A stretch of DNA of 64,000 nt, from the NCBI RefSeq assembly GCF_009914755.1, contig NC_060943.1, one strand, 5' to 3'. A program made the translations under genes and the position numbers. Positions 46,615-64,000 of the stretch are shown one piece after another. The stretch's first letter is position 1. Each line of letters begins with the position of its first letter. The stretch comes from the human T2T-CHM13v2.0 reference genome, Homo sapiens. The notes beneath the pieces are model-generated. The model was not told the DNA's origin, ran no database searches, and saw only the letters and a list, made by a program, of their open reading frames with translations.

Positions 46615-47250
46615 TTGAAGAAATAAACTACATAACATGTCAAGTGTAAGTGCCAAGGTAATATTAACATGGTGTAAAGTGGGTGCAGGGGTGCTCAAAG
46701 AGGATCTCAGTGAGAAGGTGACACAGGAGCAGAGAGCAGAAGGAACTGAGGGGCAAGACATGGGGAGACAAGGTACAGTGTGCAGTAAGTACTAAGGCAC
46801 TTAGGGGAGCTTGGCCCATTGGAGAGTCAAAAGAACAATGCAGGAATGGGAGGCATTCAGGGCCCTACTGCTCTGATAAAAACGTTTCGTTTTGCTGTGG
46901 GTGAGATGGGAGCCATGGGTTGGTTTTGAGTTTTCGTGTGGATGTTATCTATTGCAATAAAACATGCCACCCCCAAAACTTTGTGGGTTAAAGCAGTGGC
47001 AGTATATTTTTTCTCTTGATTTTGCAATCAGGACTGGGTTCAGCTGGCTGGTTCTTCTGCTTGATGGGCTTCCATTAGGGTAGGGATGTCCAAGATGGTT
47101 CCTTCACTTAAGATGTCTGGCACCTCGGATGGGATGATTCTAATGGCTGGGGACTGTCTGGCATCTCTTTCTTCACACAGCCTGTCCACATGGCTGACTT
47201 GGGCTTCCTCATACCATGGCAGGATCACAGGGGTCAGGCTTCTTACATGG

Positions 47251-47907
47251 TGTTAAAGCAAACTAAATATGGCCCGAGAAGGATTCTATACTTCTATTTT
47301 TGAGTCCTTGTGGACAAGCTATAACCTAGCTTAATAGGCAGACAAGATCGAAAACCTAATTCAAACTGTGTTCAAATAAGGCAAACACCAACATGTAACC
47401 AATCCTGCTGTTTCTGTACCTCACTGCTGATTTTTGTATGTCACTTCCCGTTTTTGTGTGTGTGTGTGTGTGTTTTGGCGATGGAGTCTTGCACTGTCGC
47501 CAGGCTGTAGTGCAGTGGCGCGATCTCAGCTCACTGCAACCTCCGCCTCCCAGGTTCAAGGATTCTCCTGCCTCAGCCTCCTGAGTAGCTGGGACTACAG
47601 GCATGCACCACCACGCCCAGCTAATTTTTTTATTTTTAGTAGAGATGGAGTTTCACCATGTTGGCCAGGATGGTCTCCACCTCTTGACCTCGTGATCCAC
47701 CCGCCTTGGCCTTCCAAAGTGCTGGGATTACAGGTGTGAGCCACTGCGCCCAGCCACTTCCCTTTTTTTTTAATCTATAAATTTGTTCTGACCAGGAGGC
47801 ATCCCTGGAGTCTCTCTGAATCTGCTGTGATTCTGGGGGCTGCCCAATTCACAAATTGTTCATTGTTCAATTAAACTTTAAATTTAATTCAGCTGAAGTT
47901 TTAAACA
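47251..47907 (+). mobile_element. ERV1 MER4-group solo LTR (LTR54-like) containing an Alu, inserted in an MLT1 element
   Basis: Runs tgttaaagcaaactaaatatggcc ... gttttaaaca with a 4-bp TSD ATGG on both sides; the flanks rejoin as MLT1. Confidence 0.75.
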
Positions 47908-49016
47908 ATGGCGGCTGGCTTCTAACAGGGAGGCGGTGAATCCTGCCATGTCTCTTAAGGGCTACACCTGGAACTTGTATCACATCATTTGTGCTGAATT
48001 CTATTGGTCCAACCAAGTCGTAAGGCTAGCCCAGATTCAAGCTGAGGAGAAAGAGATCCCATCTCTTGATGGGAAAGGTAGTGGGCTCATAGGGCAGGAG
48101 AACTGATAGCAATCGTCTTGGATACCATGCCCCACAGTGTGCCCTGTGGCAACAGCTGGCAGAGAAAAGACCTGAAGAGTCTAAATCTGTGTTTCTCTGG
48201 AATGGACACAACCATCTCTGCCCCTGGGACGCCACAAGAGCATCAGCCAAGGGCTCAGCTATGAGATGGGCACTTTTGTAATCCAGAGATGGCAGCAACA
48301 ATATTCATTATTTTTAACTCAAGGAGGATTAAATTCAGTTCCCAAATTCATGGTTATGGTTTCAGACAACAGGATTTTCTTTTTTATTTTATTTTATTTT
48401 ATTTTTTGAGGTGGAGTCTCACTCTGTCACCCAGGCTGGAGGGCAGTGGTGTGATCTTGGCTTACTGCAACCTCTGCCTCTCGGGTTCAAGCAATTCTCC
48501 TGACTCAGCCTCCTAAGTAGCTGGGATTACAGGCACATGCCACCACGCCCAACTAATTTTTCTATTTTTAGTAGAGACAGGGTTTCGCCATGTTGGTCAG
48601 GCTGATCTCAAACTCCTGACCTCAAGTGATCCACCCGCCTTGGCCTCCCAAAGTGCTGGGATTACAAGCATGAGCCACCGCACCCAGCCCAGACAGCAGG
48701 ATTTTTGATGAAATCGCCCCAGAAAACTGGAGTCTTGACTCCAAATTAGCCTTTACCTTCCCAGGGAGAGGACGAGTGGGGACATTATTGCTTCTAAAGT
48801 GGGGAGCTGGGGGATGGGGCAGGGGCATACAAGAGATGGGGACAGGGCTTGGTGTGGGAGGGATATTTGCAGTGCTGTTGCCTGGGCTCACCCCACCCCC
48901 AGCCCCTGCTGTCACTTACAACCTTCGGCTGGTTAATTACCTGTTGGGGCCTTCACTTATGTACCTGAAAATAGGGATCTCGTTCTCTTAGCATTGTCAT
49001 GAAAACCTCTATAAGT

Positions 49017-49195
49017 CAGTGGTTCCCAATCTGGCTGCACTTTTGGAATCACTTAGGGGAAGATTTGCAAAATACCGATGCCCTGGCTCCACTCCCAGGG
49101 ACTCTGATTCCGCTGTTTTGGGGTGTGGCCTGAAGATTGGGATCTTTAAGCACTCCCAAGTGATTCTAACATACAAGCCAGGCTAAGGACCACTA
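49017..49195. mobile_element. MER5-like MITE
   Basis: Termini cagtggttcccaa ... ggaccact and an internal MER5 motif. Confidence 0.7.
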
Positions 49196-49249
49196 GGCCA
49201 AGCCACCGGGCCAGGGCGTTCTGAGCCGGCGCTTTAGCCAGCGGTCCTG

Positions 49250-49265
49250 CAGCGCCCCCTGGTGG
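49250..49265 (-). promoter_or_regulatory. CTCF site (consensus match)
   Basis: The reverse complement reads CCACCAGGGGGCGCTG, within a small CpG-rich patch. Confidence 0.85.
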
Positions 49266-49584
49266 GGAACACGAGCGCGTCGCCTGTTGTCTGTGGAACT
49301 CTCCTTCCTCCCTCCTAGCCGCGTGTCTCGGGCGCTCCTCTCCCTGCTTGAACCGCCGGAGGGGCTTGAGCATTCAGCCCCTGGGGATGGTGTTGTAGGG
49401 ACCAGCGCGACATCGGGTCTAACCCGCCCGAGGGACAAGGGGGTGGCAATCAGAGGGGCCGACAGACCGGGGTTCGAGCTCTTCCCCACCTCTGAGCCTC
49501 AGTTTCCTCATCTGAGAAATGGGATGAAAATTTGACTTCATGTTGCTCCCCAGTGTCAGCCCCGGGAGGGTGCCTGCCCGACTT

Positions 49585-49599
49585 CCACCAGGGGGCCAG
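49585..49599 (+). promoter_or_regulatory. Second CTCF-like site
   Basis: CCACCAGGGGGCCAG. Confidence 0.55.
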
Positions 49600-51308
49600 A
49601 ACCTGAACAAGAGTGGGGACAGTTAGGTGAGGAAGTGGGATATATCCAAACGTAAATGTTTTCTATTTATTTATGTATGTATTTAGAAACGGAGTCTGCC
49701 TCTGTCGCCCAGGCTGGAGTGCAGTGGCCTGATCTCAGCTCACTGCAAGCTCCGCCTCCCAGGCTCAAGCCATCCTCTCACCTCAGCCTCCTGCCCAACT
49801 GGAACTACAGGCGCGCGCCAACACGCAAGCTAATTTTTGTATTATTAGTAGAGACGGGGTTTCACCATGTTGGGCAGGCTGGTCTCGAACTCTTGACCTC
49901 AAGTGATCTGCCTGCCTCGGCCTCCCAAAGTGCTGGGATTATAGGCATGAGCTGCCCACCTGGCCATGTTTTCCATTTAAAATCCTCGTTTTAGTTTGCA
50001 ATTCTCTCCCACCCATTCTTTGGTTTTATGTTTTCCTTTCTTCACATTGGTTTCATTTTTGTGTTTGTTTTTACTCATTTTGCATTTATTTGGTTTTGGC
50101 TACATGAGAAGCTGGTGACCCTGTATTTGGGAAGTCCCCAATATGTGAGGATTATACTGAAGGTGACACCCAAAATTTGGGAGCATGCTGAGGATGGGTC
50201 CTTGCAGAGACTGAGGGCAGGGGTTGTCGGGTTCAAGGTGTGGCCGTGGGCTCCTGTCAGCTAGTGTCACAGTCACACTAATAGGCACACACCTACACAC
50301 ACAGACTTACACAGGTGCCAACACACTCACAAAACACACAATCATGCTCACACTCCTAGTCACATTCTAACACACACATCCAGATACACCGACATGTTCA
50401 CACACACTTGCACATCCAGCATACCGATTCACACACCTTTGCACACACATATGCCACACCCACTGAAACCCTCTCACATGTCCACACACACCATCACCCC
50501 GACCCTGACACACACTCACACACACACACTGACACGTCCCCTCCCCTAGTCCACCCCTAATCCTGGCCACACAAATGCCCATTCTTTCTCCCCAGGATGG
50601 GGCCAAATGGTGTTTTCTTGGTCATCCTTGGCCGACCTGGCGGCCTGTCCCAGGCAGCCGGACTTACTGGAATCTCTGGGCTGTGGTGTGCACAGGAGAA
50701 CTCCAGATGGGGCCCCCAGTGAGGAAGGCCTGAATGAGGTGGGGCATCTGGCTGGAGACCATCCTTTCCTCCCTTAGACCACAAGAGGGCGAGGCCCTCC
50801 CTCTCCTCCGAGCCAGGGGCTTCGCCCTGGTATTCCCCCACCCATGGCCCCACCCCTTATCCAGGCGCCTCCTTATCCCCCTCTCAGCCCTAGGTCTCCC
50901 ATCCCCAGTCTTCCCCCATCCCACCCATTTCACCCATGGCAGCACAAATTTGCCCCTGTTCCTCCCCCTGCCTGGAACCTGCTATGGCTCCCCAGTGCCC
51001 TCAAGACAACACCCAGCCCTTCACCATGTGCTCCAGATCTGGAAAGAAAGCTCTGGCCAACCCTTCTCCCTGGTTTCATCCAGTCTAAAGCACGTGGACT
51101 GGGTCGGGTGTCCCCTTGGGGTTGTCAGTTCTCTCTCCCCCACTGGACTTTGAGTCCCAAGAGGGCAGGTCCAGTATTGTCATGGTCACTGCTGGGTCTC
51201 CAGTATGGAGAAGGGGCTCGAGAAGGTTTATTAAACAAAAGAAAGGGCCGTGCGCCGTGGCTCACACCTATAATCCCAGCACTCTGTGAGGCCGAGGCTG
51301 GTGGATTA

Positions 51309-51609
<301 letters not shown>

Positions 51610-52481
51610 TCATGCCCACTAGAGGGCAGAAAAAATCTAGAATTCAATGCATCTACCATGTGTCCTCCCTCCACCACCAAAACGTGCCCCCTCCGCCCCC
51701 ACCTAAGGAGAAAGGAATAACAATAACAATGTGAATAACTGCTAATATCAGCCCTACTGCTTGTCAGACCCCTGTTAAGTGCTTCACACACCTGATCTCT
51801 AAATCAACTGCTAGATGAGACCCAGCCAAGGTAGAGGAGGAGGAAAGCAAGGATCAGGGAGGGTGTTTAATTTTCCCAAGTCGCACAGCATCCAAACTGC
51901 AGATAAACTTCCAGCTCAAGCCTCTGTGACTTCACAGCTCTTTGTCCTGTTTGTGGCAAAGTTTCTCAAAAGAGAGAGTGGTGACTGGGTGTTAGACCCC
52001 TTGATGAGGATGGAGGGGGGCAGCTCATGCAAAGGGGGCCTCTAGCCAGGCAGCCCTCCCCACTGCCACTGCCCGGGGAGCCTGCACACTTTAAGGCAGA
52101 TTCTTCATAGCCTTAGGGGCTAACCTCTGAAAGTGTCACAGCAGCCCAGGGATGCGGGTTCTATTATTTTATCCCTGTGATACAGATTAGGAAACTGAAG
52201 CTCAGGAAAATTGAGGGACCTGTCCTGGGTCGCGAGACATGGAGGTGGCAGAACTGAGATTTACCCTGCAAGGGGCCTTGCCAGGGCAGGACACAGAGAC
52301 TTCAAATGCTAGGAGGAGGAAATGGAACTCCTTCCCCAGAAGAGGGAAAAGTAACTACAGGGTGAGGGTCTGGGAGAGGAGAACAAGGACCTATTTTCTG
52401 ATGAGGAAAGGGCAGGCTTTTGTAGGTCTGTATCCCAGGTTTAGGGGAGCCCAGGGAACCTCAAGGTCTTGGAAATTCTTA

Positions 52482-52873
<392 letters not shown>

Positions 52874-53418
52874 TTATTAGAAAAAACAATCTAGGTCCCT
52901 TTGGGGAGGCTGGAAAAAATGCCCAGGTAATAGTAAGTGAAGAAAAAAAAAACTGGTAGAAATATGTACATAGAATGAGTCCATTTTGGTTAAATAAATA
53001 AATTCATAAAGCTAACATTTATTGCCTCCTAAGACAGGCCAGGGATTGTCTGAATATTTTACAAGGGCTTTTGTCACTAATCCCATAACTCTGAACGAGT
53101 CCCATTTTACAGGCACAGAGGTTGCACAGAGCCCAGGAATGGCAAAGTGAGGTGGCAAACCAAGGTCTTCTGAGCCCAGAGCCCAGGCTCTCAACCCCTG
53201 TGCCCTGTGCAGATCACCCTGAACTTGCTCAATGTACCAGCCGTCATTTCTTCATAGCAGCCCCAAATAAATACCTAACTGTTCAATTCCTCATCAGGTG
53301 AGGTCTAAACAACCCAAGTATTTATGTCCTAAGAACTTAGTAGCCATGGCCGGGTGCAGTGGCTTGGCCTGTAATCCCAGCTCTTTGGGAGGAAAGGCAG
53401 GCGGATCACTTCAGGTCA

Positions 53419-53630
<212 letters not shown>

Positions 53631-53764
53631 TTATGTGATGAAAATATTTGATATGATGAGGAGACAGTTTTCAAAAACACTTTTGGTAGCACCAAAACAA
53701 AGTTTGAAGTCCTCTATCCTGGGGCCTTGCGGCTTCTTTTCTTTCTTTTTTTTTTTTGAGATGA

Positions 53765-53977
<213 letters not shown>

Positions 53978-54324
53978 TGATCTGCCCGCCTCGGCCTCCC
54001 AAAGTGCTGGGATTACAGGCGTGAACCACTGTGCCCGGCCGGGCCTTGCATTTTCTATAAATGTTCTTACTTAGTTTAAAGCGAGACGGGAGCGCAGGAC
54101 CCAGTCCTGGGAGGAAATGAAGTCTCAGAGGGAACTGGCAGGCAAAGCTTATAAAGACCACAGTGATTATGCCAAGGTCAAGGAAAGGGTTGGGGAGGGC
54201 GGGGCAGGCTCCACCTTTTGAGCAGGGCAGCGGGGAACTCCCCCAGCCATCTCTGCGCCCCACAGGGATACTCACACATTAACACGCGTGTGTACAATGA
54301 GACTGTCTGCCATACAAATGGCAT

Positions 54325-55010
<686 letters not shown>

Positions 55011-55428
55011 GGCGATAGCATAGTATATGGTAACTCTATGTTAAACTTCCAGAGGAACTGTGGCCACAGGTAACTCTTTAACAGAAACTTGCCTGTGTTT
55101 TCTTTGTACTCATTCTGCCTTCTGGAGAATTCCTAGGAACCCGGACAAAGGTAGTTGGGCACAGTGGCACATGACTGTAGTCAAACCTACTCAAGAGGCT
55201 GAGATGAAGAATGCCTTGAGCCCTGTAGTTTGAGTCCAGCCTGGGCTACACAGCAAGACCCCCATCTCTAAAAAAACAAAGACAAAGCTAACCTACAAAT
55301 TGTTCTCAAATGTAAAGACACGGAGGCTGGGCATGGTGGCTCACGCCTGTAATCCCCAGGCCAAGGTGGGAGGATTGCTTGAGGCCAAGAGTTTGAAATC
55401 AGCCTGCGCAACATAGGGAGACCCATCT

Positions 55429-55671
<243 letters not shown>

Positions 55672-57328
55672 TTAATGATGTATTAGTTAACTGTGATTTT
55701 GCCAGTTTCTTCTGTATTTTGAAACTGATACTTTTTTTCTGGTTCAAAAATTTTTGGAAGGTGCTTAAGAAATAACTGTTCCTCCCCACTGGGCCTGTGG
55801 AGACCTGTAGACAAAGTACTAAAGTAACTCAGCACAAATGTGCAAAGTCTGTAAATTTGGGTCTTTGATTTTCATAGCTATGAAGAGCTCAGCATGACTC
55901 TTGGTGGTTAAGAGGCAAATTTTGCTATATTTCCTCTTCCTGCTGCAGCTGTACTATTAATAAAATCATTCTGAACAGCTTTCCTGAAATGTAAAAATAA
56001 GCCAAGATGTCTATTTTGTGGATTTTTTTTTATTATATGTATAAGCACAGGAAAAAACAAATCTGGTAGGACCTGCATCAAAAGGTTAGCAGGGTTCCTC
56101 TCTGGGCTGGGGGCTTAAGGGAGGGGTGTCTGCTTCAGCCATATATTGCTGTTCACAACCCGCTAGAGTTTAGGGGCTTCAAACAATGACTTACTAGCAT
56201 TCAGAGGGTTGACTGCGTGGTTCTGCTGCTGGTCTCTCCCTCGGTCACTTGTGTGGCTAATGTCAGCTGGTAATAGGCTGATTCTCCCCCACACAGCCTC
56301 TCTGCATTCACCTGGGCTTTCACTATTTTGTAACCCAGCTTTAGCTTCCTTGCAAGATGGCAGCTGGCATGCACGTGAGTAAGAGTGGGAGTCTCCTGGA
56401 CTCTTAAGGCCTAGGCTTGAAATTGACGCATCACTCTGCTACATTCTATTGGTCAAAACAAGTCACGAGGCCTGCCCAGAATGGAGGGGAGGGGAAGTAG
56501 ACCCCCCTGGTGATGGGAGGAGTGATGCGTGTGTACAGGGAAGGGAGGAATTGTTAGTAGCCATCTTTGAAGGCTGCTGACCTCCGTGTCTTTCTTTCTG
56601 TGTTTAATAGTATGCCTAGAATAATAATACCACCTAGAATATTATATAATAATGCCTAGAATATTATAGAAAAATAATATCAGACGTATTATTTTTATGA
56701 TGATAGATATTTTTTTAAATAATGCAATAAATTGTGGGAAACTTGTTGGTTGGACCAAGAATCTACAGAAATAAGTGAAACCTGGCTGGACGCGGTGACT
56801 CATGTCTGTAATCCCAGCACTTTGAGAGGCTGAGGTGGGCAGATCACTTGAGATCAGGGGTTCAGGACCAGCCTTGGCCAACATGGTGAAAACCGTCTCT
56901 ACTAAAAATACAAAAATTAGCCAGGCATGGTGGCAGGCAATTGTAATTCCAGCTACTTGGGACGCAGAGGTGGAAGAATCGCTTAAACCCGGGAGGCGGA
57001 GGTTGCAGTGAGCCGAGATCGCGCCAGCCACTGCACTCCAGCCTGGACGATGGAGCGAGACTCTGTCCCTGTCCCGCCCCCTCCAAAAAAAAGACACAGC
57101 AAAAGAAAAGACACAGAGAAGAAGAGAAGGCCAGAGACTGGAGCCAAGAGACATCAAGAGCCCCCAGAAGCTGGAGGAGGCAAGAAAGGATTCTCCCATA
57201 GAACCTTCAGAGCCAACAAGGCCCTGCTGGCATCTTTGTTTTGAACATCTGGCCTCCGGAACTGTGAGAAAATAAGCGTCTGTTATTTTTAGCCACCAAG
57301 TTTGTGAGAATTTATGACAGCAGCTCTA

Positions 57329-57904
<576 letters not shown>

Positions 57905-58601
57905 TCACCTGGGCTAACTATGGGCCATTGCCAACAGGAGGTCACAGCAGATGTCATGGAGACAGCCTCCTACAAACGCTCCACAGCTAAGCTCTTCAGG
58001 TTTTCTGGAAAATCCCAAGTATCAGAAATTGCTTTCTTGGTTGGGCACAGTGGCTAATGCCTGTAATCCCAACACCTTGGGAGGCCAAGACAGGAAGATT
58101 GCTTGAGGCCAGGAGTTCAAGACCAGCCTGGGCAACATAGCAAGACCTGTCTCTTAAAAAAAAAAAAAAAAAAAAAAGCTTTCTTTCACTCCTCCAGTCA
58201 TCCTGCTCTTTTCTAGTTTCTGGATAATCAATTTGACCCCCAAAATGTGAAAACACAATTCATTGTTTTCAGTCAAAAGTTGTATTTTTCTTTTCTTTTT
58301 GAGACAGAGTCTTGCTCTGTTGCCCAGACTGGAGTGCAATGGCGTGATTATGGCTCACTGTAGCCTTGACCTCCTGGCCTGTAGTGATCCTCCCGTGTTA
58401 GTCTGCCAAGGAGCTGGGATTACAGGTGTGAGCCAGGGCACCCAGACTTCAGTATGAAGTTTTCTCTCCCTTCTCTTACCTTTCTCATATAAATCCTGTT
58501 TTGCTTTTGAACGTTGACAACAGTCCTATGACCATCTCCCTCCCCTTTGCATGCCAGTGTCCAAAACAAAATCAGATCCAATGAATAAATATTTAAAAGT
58601 T

Positions 58602-59976
<1,375 letters not shown>

Positions 59977-59989
59977 ACTTTCCCCTTTT

Positions 59990-61140
<1,151 letters not shown>

Positions 61141-61270
61141 CCACGACTCCTGTTTGGTGTTGGCTGTTGTGGCTGCCCTTCTCCTGTCATTTTGCTCAGT
61201 GCCCGCGCCTGGCAGTGCTGTGATGCCATCCCAGGGTTCCCGGGTGCCCGGTACCTGACAGGTGCATTAC

Positions 61271-61392
61271 CTGGTAGGCGCATTTCTGGTGCAGTTTCTT
61301 CTGGTCCTTGTACCACTGCATGAGCCCCTTCATGAAGGTGATTGTCACTTTGTCGTCCTCAAGCTTGGGTCCGCTGTACTCACCCTCGATGG
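61271..61392 (-). pseudogene. PPP5D1: PPP5D1(P) exon duplicated from PPP5C exon 4 (122 bp)
   Basis: catgccag|CCATCGAG ... TACCAG|gtaatg; encodes TIEGEYSGPKLEDDKVTITFMKGLMQWYKDQKKLHQKCAYQ, similar to the PP5 TPR-catalytic linker. Confidence 0.9.
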
Positions 61393-61935
61393 CTGGCATG
61401 TGAACAGGGGAGACACGAGAGTCAGCGACCACGGCCACTGTAAGGGGGAAGGGGGTCTTGCTCCCAGGGATGAGGTGGACCTGGCTCTGGACACACAGAT
61501 TGAGAGAGGGACAGAGCGAGTGAAGAGTCCCCTCTCTGGTCAGGTCTGGCCCAGAGGCCTCTTCCTGACCTCCTTCTCTTCCTTCACCCGCCCCCCTTTA
61601 CCCTATTCAGTTTTATGGCACTTAGCACGATTCATTTTGTGACTTGTTCATCATCTTATCTGCCTCCTAGAATATCAGCTCCATGCGGACAGGAAGGGTT
61701 TTGTTCATAGCTGTACCCCCAGTGCCTAGGACAGTGCCTGGCACATAGGAGATGCTCAATAATCATCTGTGGGATGAATGGCTGGACCTTCTCAGCACCT
61801 AGAGGTGAACCAGACACAGCCTGTGGGGGCGGGGCTACTGCCGGCAGAGAGGGAGGGAGGAGAGGATGACAGAGTGGCCAAGAAGCCAGCATGGAGAAGG
61901 GCCCGGGCAGGGGTGATGCTGGTGGGTAGGGAAGG

Positions 61936-62314
61936 TGTATTAGTCCATTTTCACATTGCTGATAAAGACATACCCGAGACTGGGTAATTCATAAAGAATA
62001 AGAGGTTTAATGGACTCACAGTTCCATGTGGCTGAGGAGGTCTCACAATCATGGCGGAAGATGAAAGGCACGTCTCATGTGCCGACAGGCAGGAGAGAAT
62101 GAGAACCAAGTGAAAGGGGAAACCCCTTATAAAACCATCAGATCTCGTGAGACTTACTCACTACCACGAGAACAGTATGGGGGAAACTGCCTCCACGATT
62201 CAATTATCTCCCACCAGGTCTCTCCCACAACATGTAGGAATTATGGGAGTTACAATTCAAGATGAGATTTGGGTGGGGATGAGATTTGGGTGGGGACACA
62301 GCCAAGCCATATCA
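61936..62314 (-). mobile_element. THE1-type MaLR solo LTR in the PPP5C-derived intron
   Basis: tgtattagtccattttcacattgctgataaagacatacccgagactggg ... gggacacagccaagccatatca. Confidence 0.88.
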
Positions 62315-62532
62315 GCGGGGTGTTGCAGCTCCTGACCTCGCCCATTGGGAATCATGAGACGGAGCTTTGGGCTGCGGATGGAGCGCCCTGGAACACAGGC
62401 AGAGGAGCGACAGACAGCAGCCTGGGGGCAGAACAAGGGGCTACCCTTGAGCCCACCCCCACCCCCAGGGAATGGAGAAGGCCCGTGTGGAATGTTCTGG
62501 GCTGGAGCGTGGAGCATCCAGGCCTGACTCAC

Positions 62533-62680
62533 TCATGCTCTCGATGTCCAGCGAGTCCACCACGGAGCGCTTGTGCTCGTCGCCTGCGATGGCCCGCTCA
62601 AAGGCCTTCTGCTTCACGATCTTGTTGCACTCCTGGTATTTCATTTTGGCATCCTTGTCGTGGGGCTTCACCTTGACCAC
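62533..62680 (-). pseudogene. PPP5D1: PPP5D1(P) exon duplicated from PPP5C exon 3 (148 bp)
   Basis: cccacccag|GTGGTCAAG ... AGCATGA|gtgagt; encodes VVKVKPHDKDAKMKYQECNKIVKQKAFERAIAGDEHKRSVVDSLDIESM, the end of PP5 TPR3 and the capping helix. Confidence 0.92.
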
Positions 62681-62984
62681 CTGGGTGGGAGGGAAGGGGC
62701 GTGCACACTGAGGCCGAGGTGGGGGCACAGCGGCTGTCCCCAGGCTGCCCAGCCCTGGATTCCATGAACGCGGAAGTCAGGCTGCCCGGGCACCAGTGCT
62801 GATGGTGCAACCCTGGACATGTTTAACCTCCAAGTCTTGGTTTCTGCACCCCAAAACTGTCCATAGCTAAGCTGCTCACACCGGCACACTTCATCAACCT
62901 TAGCTATAACTACATTAAAATCAAACACCTTGCCCGTCTGAGGACCATGGGCTCAGCTCCTGGTCCCCCGTGGGAACCAGTGCA

Positions 62985-63282
62985 GGCAGCGACAACTCCA
63001 GGCTTCCCAGCCTTGGACTCCAGGACTTACGCCAGCTGCCCCTCAAATCCTCAGGCCTTTGGCTTCGGACTGAGAATTACACCGTTGGCTTCCCCAGTTC
63101 TGAGGCCTTCGGACTTGTTCTGAGCCACACTCCCTGCATCCCAGGGTCTCCAGCCTGCACACAGCCTCAGGACTTCTCCGCCTCCATAATTGAATGAGCC
63201 AGTTGCCCAATAAACCCCTTCTCCTATCTCTGTCTACACATATCCTGTTGATTCTGTCTCTTTGGAGAACTCTGATTAATAT
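62985..63282 (+). mobile_element. MLT2 (ERVL) LTR 3' part
   Basis: ggccttcggacttg...gcctccataattgaatgagcc...aataaa...ctgtctctttggagaactctgattaata. Confidence 0.75.
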
Positions 63283-64000
63283 GCTTCCTCTATGAAACAA
63301 ACAGGGCTGTTCCTAGCCATCTCCCAGCCCCTAGGGAGATGAAACGCCATGGCATACCTGGCCACCGCAGGGCTCAATTAAGATGAGCTGTAATTATTAT
63401 TATTATTATTACTTTGAGATGGAGTCTCACTCTGTCACTCAGGCTGGAGTGTAGTGGCGCAATCTTAGCTCACTGCAACCTCCATATTCTGGGTTCAAGC
63501 AATCCTCCTTCCTCAGCCTCCTGAGTGGCTGGGATTACAGGCGCCTGACACCACCCCCAGCTAATTTTTGTATTTTTAGTAGAGATGGAGGTTTCACCAT
63601 GTTGGCCAGGCTGATCTGGAACTCCTGACCTCCTGCCCACCTCAGCCTCCCAAAGTGCTGGGATTATAGGCATGCGCCACCGCACCTGGCCAAGGTGAGT
63701 TGTCATTATTCTTCTTATTGTTATTCCCACAGCCCTGGAGCCTGGGGCTCTGTGCCTTCTACTGCCTGCCAGACAGCGAGGGGCCTGGGCCAGCAGGGCC
63801 GTTCTCCTCCGTGCCAGCTCAGTGCCAGGCCCCTCTGGCTGCCTGCCCAGCCCCAGGACTCCTGAGAGCCTGGATCCGGGGTCCTGGGGGGTAAGGGGCC
63901 CCTCCCAAAGGCTGCTGTTGCCCGGAACTCTGACGCAGCCTCAGCAGCAACCCCCAAGCAGGCTGCTCCCATCCCAGGGAAGTCCACCTTCCACCCCATC

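Overview
Human (primate) genomic DNA, very Alu-dense. The gene content identifies it as the chr19q13.32 PNMA8A-PNMA8B-PPP5D1(P) region; this comes from recognising the proteins, not from a database search. All three genes are on the minus strand. PNMA8A (PNMAL1) has three exons and gives a 439-aa protein, with an alternative donor giving 378 aa. PNMA8B (PNMAL2) is a single 635-aa ORF inside a CpG island. Both belong to the PNMA family of domesticated Ty3/Gypsy gag genes. The 3' part of PPP5D1 is built from duplicated PPP5C exons spliced to an exonised Alu. The rest is Alu, LTR/ERV, MaLR, L1/L2/MIR and hAT debris plus microsatellites. I see no wholly new gene system. The most unusual signals read from the sequence are: a perfect 70-bp inverted templated insertion inside an Alu in PNMA8A intron 2; an out-of-frame acidic 59-codon tail behind the PNMA8A ORF; a seven-copy ~39-aa hydrophobic motif in PNMA8B; a shared NRF1 + RFX X-box promoter module, plus three X-boxes spaced exactly 27 bp apart between the genes; a cryptic paralogous 5'UTR intron in PNMA8B; a divergent CTCF pair; and an ERV env TM fossil abutting the PPP5C-derived segment.
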